A stretch of 64,000 nucleotides of DNA from Syntrophorhabdaceae bacterium (GTDB lineage Bacteria; Desulfobacterota; Syntrophorhabdia; Syntrophorhabdales; Syntrophorhabdaceae). The stretch covers positions 1,024,001 through 1,088,000 of the forward strand of contig CAXXUO010000001.1 of NCBI GenBank assembly GCA_963666485.2, in the 5' to 3' direction. Made by a program: the position numbers and the translations under genes. Below the pieces are notes generated by a model, which did not search any database, was not told the DNA's origin, and worked only from the letters and a program-made list of their open reading frames with translations. Within the stretch, counting starts at the first letter, position 1, and the number at the start of each line of letters is the position of its first letter. Below are positions 23,569-36,421 of this stretch, one piece after another.

Positions 23569-24452
23569 ACCTCCTGGGCAAGGCCCTCAAGAACCCGGTT
23601 ATGAACGCGTCGGGCACGCTCGGTTACGGCGTCGAGATAGAAGCGCTGTGGAATATCGATACCATGGGCGCCTACGTCACGAAAGGCCTGTCGGAAAAAC
23701 CCCATCATGGCAACAAAACCCCCCGTGTCTGGGAGGAGCGTTACGGGATGATAAATTCCATAGGGCTCCAGAATGTCGGTGTCGACCGTTTCTTTTCCCA
23801 CTATTTCCCGTTCTTCGTCGAGAGGAACATGCCCGTGATCGTGAACTTCTTCGGGTTCACCGAAGACGAATATATCTCCTGCGCAAGGAAGATTCCCTCC
23901 CATGACCTCATCGTGGCCCTCGAGATGAACCTTTCCTGCCCCAATATCAAGAAGGGGGGGATAAGCTTCGGGAAGGACGCCCCGGCCGTTCACGCTATCG
24001 TCAACGCGGTTAAAAAGATCACGCCGGTCCCCGTCATAGCGAAGCTCACCGCCGAGGTGAAGAACATCGTCGAGATAGCCCGGGCGGCGTATGAAGGCGG
24101 GGCGGACGGGCTCACGCTCATCAACACGATGCCCGCCGCGATCATCGATACGAAGTTGAAATCTATGCCGCTCAAGGGCGGCCTTTCGGGGCCCATCCTG
24201 AAGCCCATCGCGTTGAGGGCCGTGTATGATTGCTACAGGGAGATCCCGGTCCCCATCATAGGTGTGGGGGGCATCATGGATGCGGGCGACGCCCTCGAAT
24301 TCCTGATGGCAGGGGCGAGGGCGGTACAGGTTGGCACCGCCACGTTCGTCGATCCTTTTGCCATGCCGAAGATCATCGCCGGCCTCGATGCATGGCTTGA
24401 TGAAAATGATTGTGCAGGCGTAGAGGCTGTAACGGGAATTACCCATGGCTGA
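23550..24452 (+). CDS. pyrD: Dihydroorotate dehydrogenase, family 1B catalytic subunit
   Basis: NPVMNASGT, NSIGLQN, NLSCPN, INT, GGLSGP, IIGVGGI. Confidence 0.94.
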   Translation: MGTLTVNLLGKALKNPVMNASGTLGYGVEIEALWNIDTMGAYVTKGLSEKPHHGNKTPRVWEERYGMINSIGLQNVGVDRFFSHYFPFFVERNMPVIVNFFGFTEDEYISCARKIPSHDLIVALEMNLSCPNIKKGGISFGKDAPAVHAIVNAVKKITPVPVIAKLTAEVKNIVEIARAAYEGGADGLTLINTMPAAIIDTKLKSMPLKGGLSGPILKPIALRAVYDCYREIPVPIIGVGGIMDAGDALEFLMAGARAVQVGTATFVDPFAMPKIIAGLDAWLDENDCAGVEAVTGITHG

Positions 24453-26142
24453 CGGGAACGGGTCACGCCGGTTCAGCGTACCGTCCGCAGATGCCGCCCG
24501 CAAAGCCGCTGACATAACGGGTTCCCTCGGCGTCCCGGATATCATCGCGCGCATACTCGTTGCCCGGGGGATAACGACCCCCGACGAGGCATCAATTTTT
24601 TTAAGGCCGCGGCTTGGCGACCTGTCGGACCCGTTCGACCTTCCCGACATGGAAAAAGGCATCATGCGCCTTGTCGATGCTGTCATCAAAGGAGAAAAGA
24701 TCTGCATCTGGGGGGATTACGACGCAGACGGGATCTCGAGCCTTGCCCTCGCCTATAATTTTCTGAAAGACCTCGGGATCACCCCTGTTGTTCACATACC
24801 GACACGCGAGGAGGGCTACGGGCTCCATGCCGAGAGGATCGAGGGTCTTCACGAGGAGGGGGTCGGGCTTCTCGTGTCGCTGGACTGCGGCTCTTCAAAC
24901 GTCGAAGAGATCGCCCGCGCGAGAGACCTTGGCATCGATACCGTCGTCATAGACCACCACGAGATCGGGTCCGATCTCCCGCCGGCGCATGCCGTCATAA
25001 ACCCGAAACGCAAGGATTCGATATTTCCCACACGCGATCTCGCGGCGTGCGGGGTGACCTTCTTTTTCCTCATGGGACTTCGGAGGACCCTGCACAAAAA
25101 AGGATTAATATCGAAGCATATAAACCTGAAAAAGGAGCTTGACCTTGTTACCGTGGGAACGGTCGGGGACATGGTGCCGCTCGTCGGCGACAACAGGATC
25201 CTGGTGCGGCACGGCATGGAAGTGATGAACGAGACCCCGCGGGCCTGGCTGAGATCAATGCTCGGCAACAGGATAATATCAAAAGGCCTGGTAAACGAGT
25301 TTGCCCTCGGTTTTATCATCGTGCCGCGCATCAATGCAGCGGGCCGCGTCTCGAGGCCCGACCCGTCCTTCCATTTTCTCGTTTCCCCCGATGATGCCGC
25401 AGCCCTTCCACTCCTCGCTGCGCTCCAGAGAGCGAACAGCGACCGGCAGGGCCGGGAAAAAAAGATACACGATCAGATCGTGCGCGATATTTCTGTCAAC
25501 GGGCTCGCAGGCAGGAAGACGATCGTCGTGTTCGATGAAAAATGGCAGGAGCAGTCGGGTGTTCTCGGTATTGTCGCACAGAAATTGACCGAGCAGTTCG
25601 GAAAGCCGTCCATTGTCATGACAAAGGTCAAAGGGGTATGGAAAGGCTCGGGCCGCGGCGGCGACGGCATGGACCTCTTCGAGACGATATGTTCCCTCTC
25701 CCCGTTGCTTCTTAAATACGGGGGCCATAAATACGCGTGCGGACTTTCCGTTGCCGAAGAGAACGTCGAGCTTTTTGCCGAGGCGTTCGAAAGGTCCGTG
25801 GAGGGCCCCATCGTCCCCCGGACGCGCGAGGTCCATATCGATACCGCGGCAGCCCTCGATGAGCTGACGACCGGGACCATGGAGCTTTTGGAAAGGATAG
25901 GCCCGTTCGGGATCGGCAACCCCCGGCCAAACCTGCTTCTCGATGTGGCAGGCATCTCTGCGACAGAAAAGGGATATGCAAAGATAACAGATCATGCGAG
26001 CAGGGTGTGGGACGGATTTTATCCGGGCAAGGGGCCTGTCAAAAAGGACGGTCCCACCCGGGTGATCGCCTCGCCGGCGGTACGGATGAGGATGGGGGAA
26101 AAGTTCGTTAATTTGAGCGTGAAAGAGATATTGGAAGGATAG
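24445..26142 (+). CDS. recJ: Single-stranded DNA exonuclease RecJ
   Basis: GDYDADG, DCG, DHH, INPK, PRINAAGR, GGH, PFGIGNP. Confidence 0.92.
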   Translation: MADGNGSRRFSVPSADAARKAADITGSLGVPDIIARILVARGITTPDEASIFLRPRLGDLSDPFDLPDMEKGIMRLVDAVIKGEKICIWGDYDADGISSLALAYNFLKDLGITPVVHIPTREEGYGLHAERIEGLHEEGVGLLVSLDCGSSNVEEIARARDLGIDTVVIDHHEIGSDLPPAHAVINPKRKDSIFPTRDLAACGVTFFFLMGLRRTLHKKGLISKHINLKKELDLVTVGTVGDMVPLVGDNRILVRHGMEVMNETPRAWLRSMLGNRIISKGLVNEFALGFIIVPRINAAGRVSRPDPSFHFLVSPDDAAALPLLAALQRANSDRQGREKKIHDQIVRDISVNGLAGRKTIVVFDEKWQEQSGVLGIVAQKLTEQFGKPSIVMTKVKGVWKGSGRGGDGMDLFETICSLSPLLLKYGGHKYACGLSVAEENVELFAEAFERSVEGPIVPRTREVHIDTAAALDELTTGTMELLERIGPFGIGNPRPNLLLDVAGISATEKGYAKITDHASRVWDGFYPGKGPVKKDGPTRVIASPAVRMRMGEKFVNLSVKEILEG

Positions 26143-26169
26143 GTCAAAGTTCAAAGTTCAATGTTCAAC
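26142..26169. repeat. Heptamer tandem (GTTCAAN), single arm
   Basis: GGTCAAA GTTCAAA GTTCAAT GTTCAAC, starting on the last base of the recJ stop. Confidence 0.75.
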
Positions 26170-26218
26170 GCTAAAAACATAATAAGGAAAATTATCTGGC
26201 GGTGAACGGGCTAAAGAA

Positions 26219-26695
26219 ATGGCGAAAGAAAAATCCCACGTAACACCAGCCGTAAGATTTCTCAGAGAGAAAAAAATAGAGTTTACCGAGCATCCATACC
26301 AGTACGTCGAAAAGGGTGGGACGTCTACGTTTGCAAAGCAGTATCATGTTGACGAACACATGGTCATAAAGACGCTTGTTATGGAGGATGAGACGGGCCG
26401 GCCGGTCATCGTCCTCATGCACGGCGACAAAGAGGTGTCGACGAAGGAACTGGCCCGCGTCATGGGGGTCAAAAAGATCACCCCGTCCGCGAATCCCCAG
26501 AAACATTCCGGTTACATGATAGGGGGGACGTCCCCGTTCGGCACGCGTAAAGAGATGCCCGTGTACATGGAGGAAACGATCCTCGACCTGCCGAAGATCT
26601 ATATAAACGGCGGCAGGCGCGGCTACCTCATAGCGATGGACCCGCACGATATCGTGAAAACGCTGGGGGCGAAAATGGTGAGGGTGGGAATATGA
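26219..26695 (+). CDS. ybaK: Cys-tRNA(Pro) deacylase YbaK family
   Basis: TPAVRFL, KTL, GYMIGGTSPFG, INGGRRG. Confidence 0.9.
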   Translation: MAKEKSHVTPAVRFLREKKIEFTEHPYQYVEKGGTSTFAKQYHVDEHMVIKTLVMEDETGRPVIVLMHGDKEVSTKELARVMGVKKITPSANPQKHSGYMIGGTSPFGTRKEMPVYMEETILDLPKIYINGGRRGYLIAMDPHDIVKTLGAKMVRVGI

Positions 26696-26821
26696 GCGGC
26701 GTACGGCGTACGGCTAACGGAAAGGCGAGCCTCTCCCGAAAGAAAAAAATGAAAGAGCAAGAATTTCAGCTTGTTTTTTTGTCTTTTGGATTTTTGCCGT
26801 AAGCCGTAAGCCGTAAGCCGT
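26696..26821. repeat. Heptamer-unit inverted-arm element (ACGGCNN / AAGCCGT)
   Basis: Left GCGGCGT ACGGCGT ACGGCTA ACGG (26696-26720); right TTGCCGT AAGCCGT x3 (26794-26821). Confidence 0.78.
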
Positions 26822-26867
26822 AGCTATTTTTCCCCTAACATCCTATAATGAACTAAGAGGCATTTAA

Positions 26868-27578
26868 ATGTCACCCGACGTATCCACATTGTTGATCGCA
26901 GCCGTGTCTATCGGGTTCTTCCACACCCTTTTCGGGCCGGACCATTACGTGCCGTTCGTCATGCTTTCGTGGTCCCGGAAGTGGTCGACGGCAAAAACGG
27001 CGTGGATAACCTTTCTGTGCGGGCTGGGCCATATACTGAGCTCGGTGGTCCTCGGGCTTATCGGGGTGGTCCTCGGTATCGCCGTCGAGAGGCTGGAATT
27101 CATCGAGTCATCGCGCGGGACGGTCGCTGCCTGGATGCTCATCGCCTTCGGTATAGCATACAGTGCATGGGGAATACGGCAGGCAATTCTCAATAAACCG
27201 CATAAACACACCCACATCCATGATGGCGAGACAGTACACGAACACGAGCATACACACCATGGCGGGCATGTCCATATCCACGAACGGGAAGGGAAGACCA
27301 TCACGCCGTGGGTCCTTTTCATCGTCTTCGTCTTCGGGCCCTGCGAACCACTGATACCCCTGCTCATTTACCCGGCGGCCCAGAAGAGCTATGCGGGTGT
27401 CATCATGGTCAGCGCCACGTTCGGCATCGTGACGATAGCCACTATGATGGCGGCGGTGCTGCTTATGAGATCGGGCCTGAGTCTCAAAATTCTGGCCAGG
27501 GCCGAGCGCTATACCCACGCGATCGCCGGCCTTACCATCCTTACCTGCGGACTCATGATCCAATTCTTGGGATTGTAG
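26868..27578 (+). CDS. His-rich membrane protein, Ni/Co transporter-like (HoxN/UreH/RcnA-like)
   Basis: HTLFGPDH motif, GH in TM2, central His-rich loop HKHTHIHD..HEHEHTHHGGHVHIHE, GPCE; about 6 TM segments. Confidence 0.7.
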   Translation: MSPDVSTLLIAAVSIGFFHTLFGPDHYVPFVMLSWSRKWSTAKTAWITFLCGLGHILSSVVLGLIGVVLGIAVERLEFIESSRGTVAAWMLIAFGIAYSAWGIRQAILNKPHKHTHIHDGETVHEHEHTHHGGHVHIHEREGKTITPWVLFIVFVFGPCEPLIPLLIYPAAQKSYAGVIMVSATFGIVTIATMMAAVLLMRSGLSLKILARAERYTHAIAGLTILTCGLMIQFLGL

Positions 27579-27594
27579 GTCGGCCGGTGCCGAC

Positions 27595-27663
27595 CAGGTG
27601 ACAGGTAATGGGTAATAGGTGCGCTCAGGCCGGTTTTTCCCATTACCTATCACCCACTACCCC
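27595..27663. repeat. Heptamer-unit inverted-arm element (TAGGTAA / TTACCTA)
   Basis: Left CAGGTGA CAGGTAA TGGGTAA TAGGT; right TTTCCCA TTACCTA TCACCCA CTACCCC. Confidence 0.72.
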
Positions 27664-27683
27664 GTTTCTGTTATACTATTCCG

Positions 27684-28613
27684 ATGCAACCCTACCTTTC
27701 CATGCTAACCCCCTGCAGGCTGTGCCCGCGCAGGTGCGGCGCCGACCGGGCCGCGGGCGAAACGGGTTTTTGCGGGGCCGGCAGCGAGCTCCGGATAGCG
27801 CATTTCGGCCCTCATTTCGGGGAGGAACCGCCCATAACCGGGACGAAAGGGTCCGGGAATATATTCTTTTCGTTCTGCAACCTGCGCTGCGTATTCTGCC
27901 AGAACCACCAGATAAGTCATGACGGCATCGGGAAACCTGCCTCTATCGAGGACCTGGTGTCGATATTCTTTTCCCTGCGCTCGGCGGGATGCCACAATAT
28001 CAACCTTGTGAGCCCCACATCCTATGTACCTTTCATCGCGCCTGCCATCGCCGAGGCAAAACGAAGGGGCATCGGGCTGCCCTTTGTCTACAACACGAAC
28101 GCCTACGATGATGTCGAGACGCTCGCGTCCCTCGAGGGGCTTATCGATATCTACCTTCCCGATTTCAAGTATTCAAGCGGCCTTATCGCCTCCCGGCTTT
28201 CAGATGCGCCCGACAATGCCCCGTATCCGGAAGCTGCCCGCGCTGCGATCCTGGAGATGAAACGGCAGGTCGGGGACCTCGTCGTCGAAGATACTATTGC
28301 AAAAAAAGGCATTATTGTCCGCCACCTTGTCCTTCCGGGAGGGCTTGCCGGCTCGAGGCAGGTCTTCGAATGGATAGGCGAGAACCTGGGCAGGTCAACG
28401 TGGATTGGCCTTATGTCGCAGTATCTTCCCCTCCATCGCTCCGGGGATTACCCGATACTCGCACGGAGGATCAGGCAGGACGAGTACGACAGCGTCATTG
28501 CATATCTCATAGACAATGGTTTCGAGAATGTTTTCATCCAGGAGCTTGAAAGCGCCCCGCTTTTCGTGCCGGATTTCAGGAAAGAGAGGCCCTTTGAACA
28601 AAATACCCGGTAA
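27684..28613 (+). CDS. Radical SAM protein, PflX-like
   Basis: N-terminal CRLCPRRC..GFC, HFGEEP, CNLRCVFCQN, YLPDFKY, RHLVLPG, MSQY. Confidence 0.85.
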   Translation: MQPYLSMLTPCRLCPRRCGADRAAGETGFCGAGSELRIAHFGPHFGEEPPITGTKGSGNIFFSFCNLRCVFCQNHQISHDGIGKPASIEDLVSIFFSLRSAGCHNINLVSPTSYVPFIAPAIAEAKRRGIGLPFVYNTNAYDDVETLASLEGLIDIYLPDFKYSSGLIASRLSDAPDNAPYPEAARAAILEMKRQVGDLVVEDTIAKKGIIVRHLVLPGGLAGSRQVFEWIGENLGRSTWIGLMSQYLPLHRSGDYPILARRIRQDEYDSVIAYLIDNGFENVFIQELESAPLFVPDFRKERPFEQNTR

Positions 28614-28639
28614 AGCTTATATGCAAAATACACCACCGC

Positions 28640-28670
28640 CGTCATCCCGGTGTCAAGCACCGGGATGACG
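28640..28670. repeat. REP-like perfect hairpin (GTCATCCC...GGGATGAC)
   Basis: CGTCATCCCGGTG-TCAAG-CACCGGGATGACG; termini resemble the 19267 element. Confidence 0.7.
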
Positions 28671-28740
28671 ACATCCGGCGGGTTTCACGAATGGTAGTCA
28701 TTGTTGTGTGATTGACCGTTAAATTTGAAAGGAGGCATTA

Positions 28741-29223
28741 ATGGAGCTTAAGACTGTAAAGATCGATGTCCCGGAAGGGCTCAATGTGGTTATCGGGCAG
28801 TCCCATTTCATAAAGACCGTCGAGGACCTGTACGAAATCCTCGTCGGGTCCGCGCCGTCGCTCAAGTTCGGAGTTGCCTTTTCCGAGGCGAGCGGGCCGT
28901 GCCTTACGCGTTATGAAGGGAACGACGAAGCCCTCGCCAAACTCGCCGCCGATACCTCCTTCGATCTGGCGTGCGGGCACACATTCGTTATTTTCCTGCG
29001 TGACGGCTTCCCCATCAATGTCCTCAACGCCGTAAAGGCCTGCCAGGAGGTGTGCCAGGTGTTCTGTGCAACCGCAAACCCCCTTGACATCATCATCGCC
29101 GAAACCGACCAGGGGCGCGGCATCATGGGTGTTGTAGACGGATCGAGGCCGGCCGGGATAGAAAAAGATGAGGACAAAAAAGCGCGGAAGGAGATGCTCC
29201 GGAAGTTTGGATATAAATTGTAA
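28741..29223 (+). CDS. Adenosine-specific kinase / DUF355 family protein
   Basis: GQSHFIKTVEDL, FSEASG, GHTF, FPIN, CATANP, GRGIMGVVDG. Confidence 0.82.
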   Translation: MELKTVKIDVPEGLNVVIGQSHFIKTVEDLYEILVGSAPSLKFGVAFSEASGPCLTRYEGNDEALAKLAADTSFDLACGHTFVIFLRDGFPINVLNAVKACQEVCQVFCATANPLDIIIAETDQGRGIMGVVDGSRPAGIEKDEDKKARKEMLRKFGYKL

Positions 29224-29231
29224 AAGCGGGA

Positions 29232-29354
29232 GATGGGCAAGAGGCGATGGGCAAGAGGCGAAGAAACACCCGATTTCCCCTTGCCCACCACCGCCTGAAG
29301 TGGTTTGAAACGCTGTTTTCTCCATGGCCTGTCGCCCCTTGCGCATCGCCCATC
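29232..29354. repeat. Heptamer-unit inverted-arm element (GATGGGC / GCCCATC)
   Basis: Left (GATGGGC AAGAGGC)x2 at 29232-29259; right GCCTGTC GCCCCTT GCGCATC GCCCATC at 29327-29354. Confidence 0.75.
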
Positions 29355-29490
29355 TTTTTGGAATGATTCTTGCTTGGTTTGGGGTTGATTGTATCCGCGC
29401 TAATGTGGTAATTTTCAACATTAATAGATACCGAATATATCAATCGGCAGAATAAGAAAAAGGCAGACCCTACTGCCGGACGGGGCGATC

Positions 29491-30777
29491 ATGATCGGAA
29501 TAGGAATTATAGGCTTGGGAACAGTGGGTACCGGTACGTACCGGATCCTGACGGAGCATGCTGCTCTTATCCGCAAGAAGACCGGGCTTGATCTCGGCGT
29601 TGTGCGGGTGGCGGAGATAAACCCCCGTAATATTAAAGGAAAAAATATCGACCGCACGGTCCTTACCCCGGACGCGATGGAGTTGATCCGGGATGAGAGG
29701 GTCAATATCGTCGTCGAGCTTATCGGGGGCATGAACCCGGCGGGGAATTTCATTAAGGCGGCCCTTAACCTGAAGAAACAGGTGGTTACAGCCAACAAGG
29801 CCCTGCTTGCGGAAAAAGGCGAGGAACTCTTCGCGCTGGCGAAGAAGACGGGCTGCGATATCGGATTCGAGGCATCCGTGTGCGGCGGCATCCCGGTGAT
29901 CAGGGCCATTCGAGACGGCCTCGTCGGCAACCGGTTCTCCTATATCCTGGGCATACTCAACGGGACGAGCAATTATATCCTGTCCCGGATGACGGATGAA
30001 GGAATATCTTTCGGAGAGGCGCTGAAGAACGCCCAGAAGGAAGGATACGCCGAGAAGGACCCGACGTTTGACGTTGAAGGCATCGACGCAGCCCACAAAC
30101 TCTCCATCCTGGTGCGCCTCGCTTTTTCGTCGCCCGTCACGATGAAAAATATCACAACGCACGGAATATCGAGCATCGATCCCGTGGATATCGGGTTCGC
30201 CCGGGACTTAGGTTACAAGATCAAGCTCCTCGCCATCGCCAAGCGGTCGGCATCGGGGATCGAAGCTCGGGTCGAACCGGCCATGCTTCCGCTTACCCAT
30301 CCGATGAGCAGTGTCAACGGGGTCTTTAACGCCGTTTACATCGTGGGCGACAGGGTGGGGCCCAACCTCTTCTACGGCAGGGGTGCCGGAAGCGAGCCGA
30401 CGGGAAGCGCCGTTGTGAGCGATATCGTCGATATGGCGAAAAAATTGAGCAGCAGCGCACCCGCCCCCGTGCCGGGGCTTGTCGCCTCCGGGAAATACAG
30501 GGAGGCAAAGAGCTCGCCGGTGCCCTATTATCTCAGGGTCATGGCGAAGGACACGCCGGGGGTTCTCTCCAAGATTTCGGGCATCCTCGCCAAATACAAG
30601 ATAAGCATATCGGCAGTGACCCAGCAGGGCAGGAAGCTCAGCGGGCACGTACCCATCGTCATGGTTACCCATGACGCACCGGAAGACGGCCTCAAGAAGG
30701 CGAAGAAGGATATCGACAACTCTTCTTTTACGAAAGGGCAGAGTGTCCACATAAGGATAGAGGAAGGAAAGGCGTGA
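29491..30777 (+). CDS. hom: Homoserine dehydrogenase (with ACT domain)
   Basis: GLGTVG, VVTANKA, EASVCGGIP, GILNGT, DPTFDVEGIDAAHK, GRGAG. Confidence 0.94.
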   Translation: MIGIGIIGLGTVGTGTYRILTEHAALIRKKTGLDLGVVRVAEINPRNIKGKNIDRTVLTPDAMELIRDERVNIVVELIGGMNPAGNFIKAALNLKKQVVTANKALLAEKGEELFALAKKTGCDIGFEASVCGGIPVIRAIRDGLVGNRFSYILGILNGTSNYILSRMTDEGISFGEALKNAQKEGYAEKDPTFDVEGIDAAHKLSILVRLAFSSPVTMKNITTHGISSIDPVDIGFARDLGYKIKLLAIAKRSASGIEARVEPAMLPLTHPMSSVNGVFNAVYIVGDRVGPNLFYGRGAGSEPTGSAVVSDIVDMAKKLSSSAPAPVPGLVASGKYREAKSSPVPYYLRVMAKDTPGVLSKISGILAKYKISISAVTQQGRKLSGHVPIVMVTHDAPEDGLKKAKKDIDNSSFTKGQSVHIRIEEGKA

Positions 30778-30802
30778 GACCGGCGGCGTCCGGCAGACAG
30801 GT

Positions 30803-34429
<3,627 letters not shown>

Positions 34430-34442
<13 letters not shown>

Positions 34443-35395
34443 AAACCGGTAAGGATGTCCTGAAAAAAGAGGCCGAGGCCCTGCTTGGCGTCATGGAAAA
34501 GCTCGATTCAGCGTTTAGCGAGGCAGCCGAGATCATATATCAATGCACAGGCCGGGTCGTGTTGACCGGGATGGGCAAATCGGGGCTCGTCTGCAAAAAG
34601 ATCGCATCCACCCTGTCAAGTACCGGGACCCCCGCGTTGTTCGTTCATCCTGCCGATTCGCTGCACGGCGACCTCGGGATGCTTAAGCGCAGCGACGTCC
34701 TCATCATGGTGAGCAATAGCGGGGAGACTGAAGAGGTGCTCAAGATCATTCCCTGGATCAAGAGACTTGGTATTCCCCTTATTGCGATAACGTCAGACGC
34801 CGGATCGACCATTGCGCGATTGGGAAATGTTGCCCTGACGGTGAAAGTGGAAGAGGCATGCCCCTACAATGTCGTGCCGACGTCGAGCACCACCGCTACG
34901 CTCGCGTTAGGGGATGCCCTTGCCATCTCCGTTATGGAAAAGCGTGCATTCAACGTCGAGGACTTCGCGTTCCTTCACCCGGGAGGTTCTCTCGGAAGGA
35001 AACTGTTCCTCCGGGTAGCGGATATAATGCACACAGGCAGTGCCGTCCCCCGGGTCTCGGTCACCACGTCCATGAAAGATGCCATCCTGGAGATAACATC
35101 GAAAAGGCTCGGCGTCACGGCGGTGCATGACGAAGACGGCAGCCTCGCCGGCATCATAACCGACGGTGACCTCCGCAGGGCCATCGAGCGCTACGATGAC
35201 TCCCTTCTCGGGAAAAAAGCGGGCGATATCATGACTCGCAACCCGAAGGTCATCCGCAGCGATGAGCTGGCCGCGCATGCCTTGAAAAAAATGGAGGAAT
35301 TCTCGATAACATCCCTTTTCGTCGTCGATGACGACAGTGCCCGGCCGGTCGGGATCGTTCATATTCACGACCTGCTGAAGGCAAAGGTGGTGTGA
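34430..35395 (+). CDS. kdsD: Arabinose-5-phosphate isomerase (SIS + 2 CBS)
   Basis: GMGKSG, HGDLG, SNSGET, PTSST, HPGGSLG, TDGDLRR. Confidence 0.93.
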
Positions 35396-35402
35396 AAAAG
35401 AC

Positions 35403-35492
35403 GGCTATAGGGTACAGGCAATGGGCAATGGGGGAAAAACAAGCAATCGGATTTTTTCCCATCGCCCATCGCCCATCGCCCATCGCCAATGG
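35403..35492. repeat. Heptamer-unit inverted-arm element (GGCAATG / CCCATCG)
   Basis: Left GGCTATA GGGTACA GGCAATG GGCAATG; right (CCCATCG)x4 CCAATGG at 35458-35492. Confidence 0.82.
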
Positions 35493-35500
35493 CTTAGTTT

Positions 35501-36421
35501 ATGAACCGAAAGATCATCATATATCTCTCCTTCGGCTTTATTCTGGCAAGCCTCGTGGTCGCGCTCTACTTTTTCGTCAGTAAACCGGAAAAACAGGCTA
35601 TTCCTGTCGCAAAGGACACGAAAAAGGCGATCGTTTTCAAGGACGTGAAATATACGGGCGAGAAGCGCGGCATCGTCGACTGGGAATTGACTGCGAAGGT
35701 CGCGCGGAAATACCTGGACCGGCCACTCATCGAACTCGAGAACCTGAAAGGGATCTACAAGCCGAAGCCCGATGTCGCAATAGAGTTCACCGGGACGAAA
35801 GGTTCGATGGATACTGACAAAGAGACCGGCCGCGTCGATAATGTCGAGGTGTTTTACAAGGGCGAATATACACTGAAAAGCCCGTACATGGATTTTGATT
35901 TCAAGAATGGCCTGACAACAACAAAGGACGTTGTCGATATCAAGGGGAAGAAGATCGACATGAAAGGCGTCGGTCTTCTCGCCAACACGAACGAGGAGAC
36001 GGTCAGGATCCTCTCGGATGTGGCCGGGATCATCATGACTGAAAAGGGAAAATACGATTTCCGGTCGGACAACCTGCTCTATTATTTCCAGGTAAGCACA
36101 TATATTCTCGAAGGCAAGGTCATGATGAAGGGGGAAGACCTTGACATGGTTTGCGACATTGTCCACATATACAGCACGAACAACGAGGTCGACCGGATAG
36201 AGGCCGACGGGAATGTCCGTGTTGTAACAAAAGGCACGGTTGCGAAAAGTGAAAAGGCAGTATATCATTTTAAGGAAGGCAAAATAGTGTTCACCCAATC
36301 CCCGAGGGTCATCAAGGACAATGTGGAAATGAAAGGCGTCCGTGTGACATACACGACGAACGATGGGAAAATGTCCGTAGAGCAGCCGAAGATACACATA
36401 GAAAAGGGAAAATCGAATTGA
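35501..36421 (+). CDS. Fused LPS export protein LptC-LptA
   Basis: N-terminal TM anchor and LptC-like beta domain (WELTA..KGVGL), followed in frame by an OstA/LptA-like domain (SDNL, EGKV, IEADGNV, SEKAVY, MKGVRVTY); only gene between kdsD and lptB. Confidence 0.72.
   Translation: MNRKIIIYLSFGFILASLVVALYFFVSKPEKQAIPVAKDTKKAIVFKDVKYTGEKRGIVDWELTAKVARKYLDRPLIELENLKGIYKPKPDVAIEFTGTKGSMDTDKETGRVDNVEVFYKGEYTLKSPYMDFDFKNGLTTTKDVVDIKGKKIDMKGVGLLANTNEETVRILSDVAGIIMTEKGKYDFRSDNLLYYFQVSTYILEGKVMMKGEDLDMVCDIVHIYSTNNEVDRIEADGNVRVVTKGTVAKSEKAVYHFKEGKIVFTQSPRVIKDNVEMKGVRVTYTTNDGKMSVEQPKIHIEKGKSN

Noticed and set aside
23292..24707. 471-aa antisense ORF, and similar long minus-strand ORFs (e.g. 4056-4967, 10940-11914, 32506-33531, 43009-44025, 46208-47269, 59804-60994)
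   Set aside because: Shadow ORFs opposite well-supported genes; expected from GC-rich codon bias; no recognisable motifs
35392..35583. 63-aa ORF read through the heptamer element (also 12971-13210, 27608-27922, 35250-35489)
   Set aside because: Low-complexity translations of the repeats (WAMG, PIAHRP) overlapping real genes
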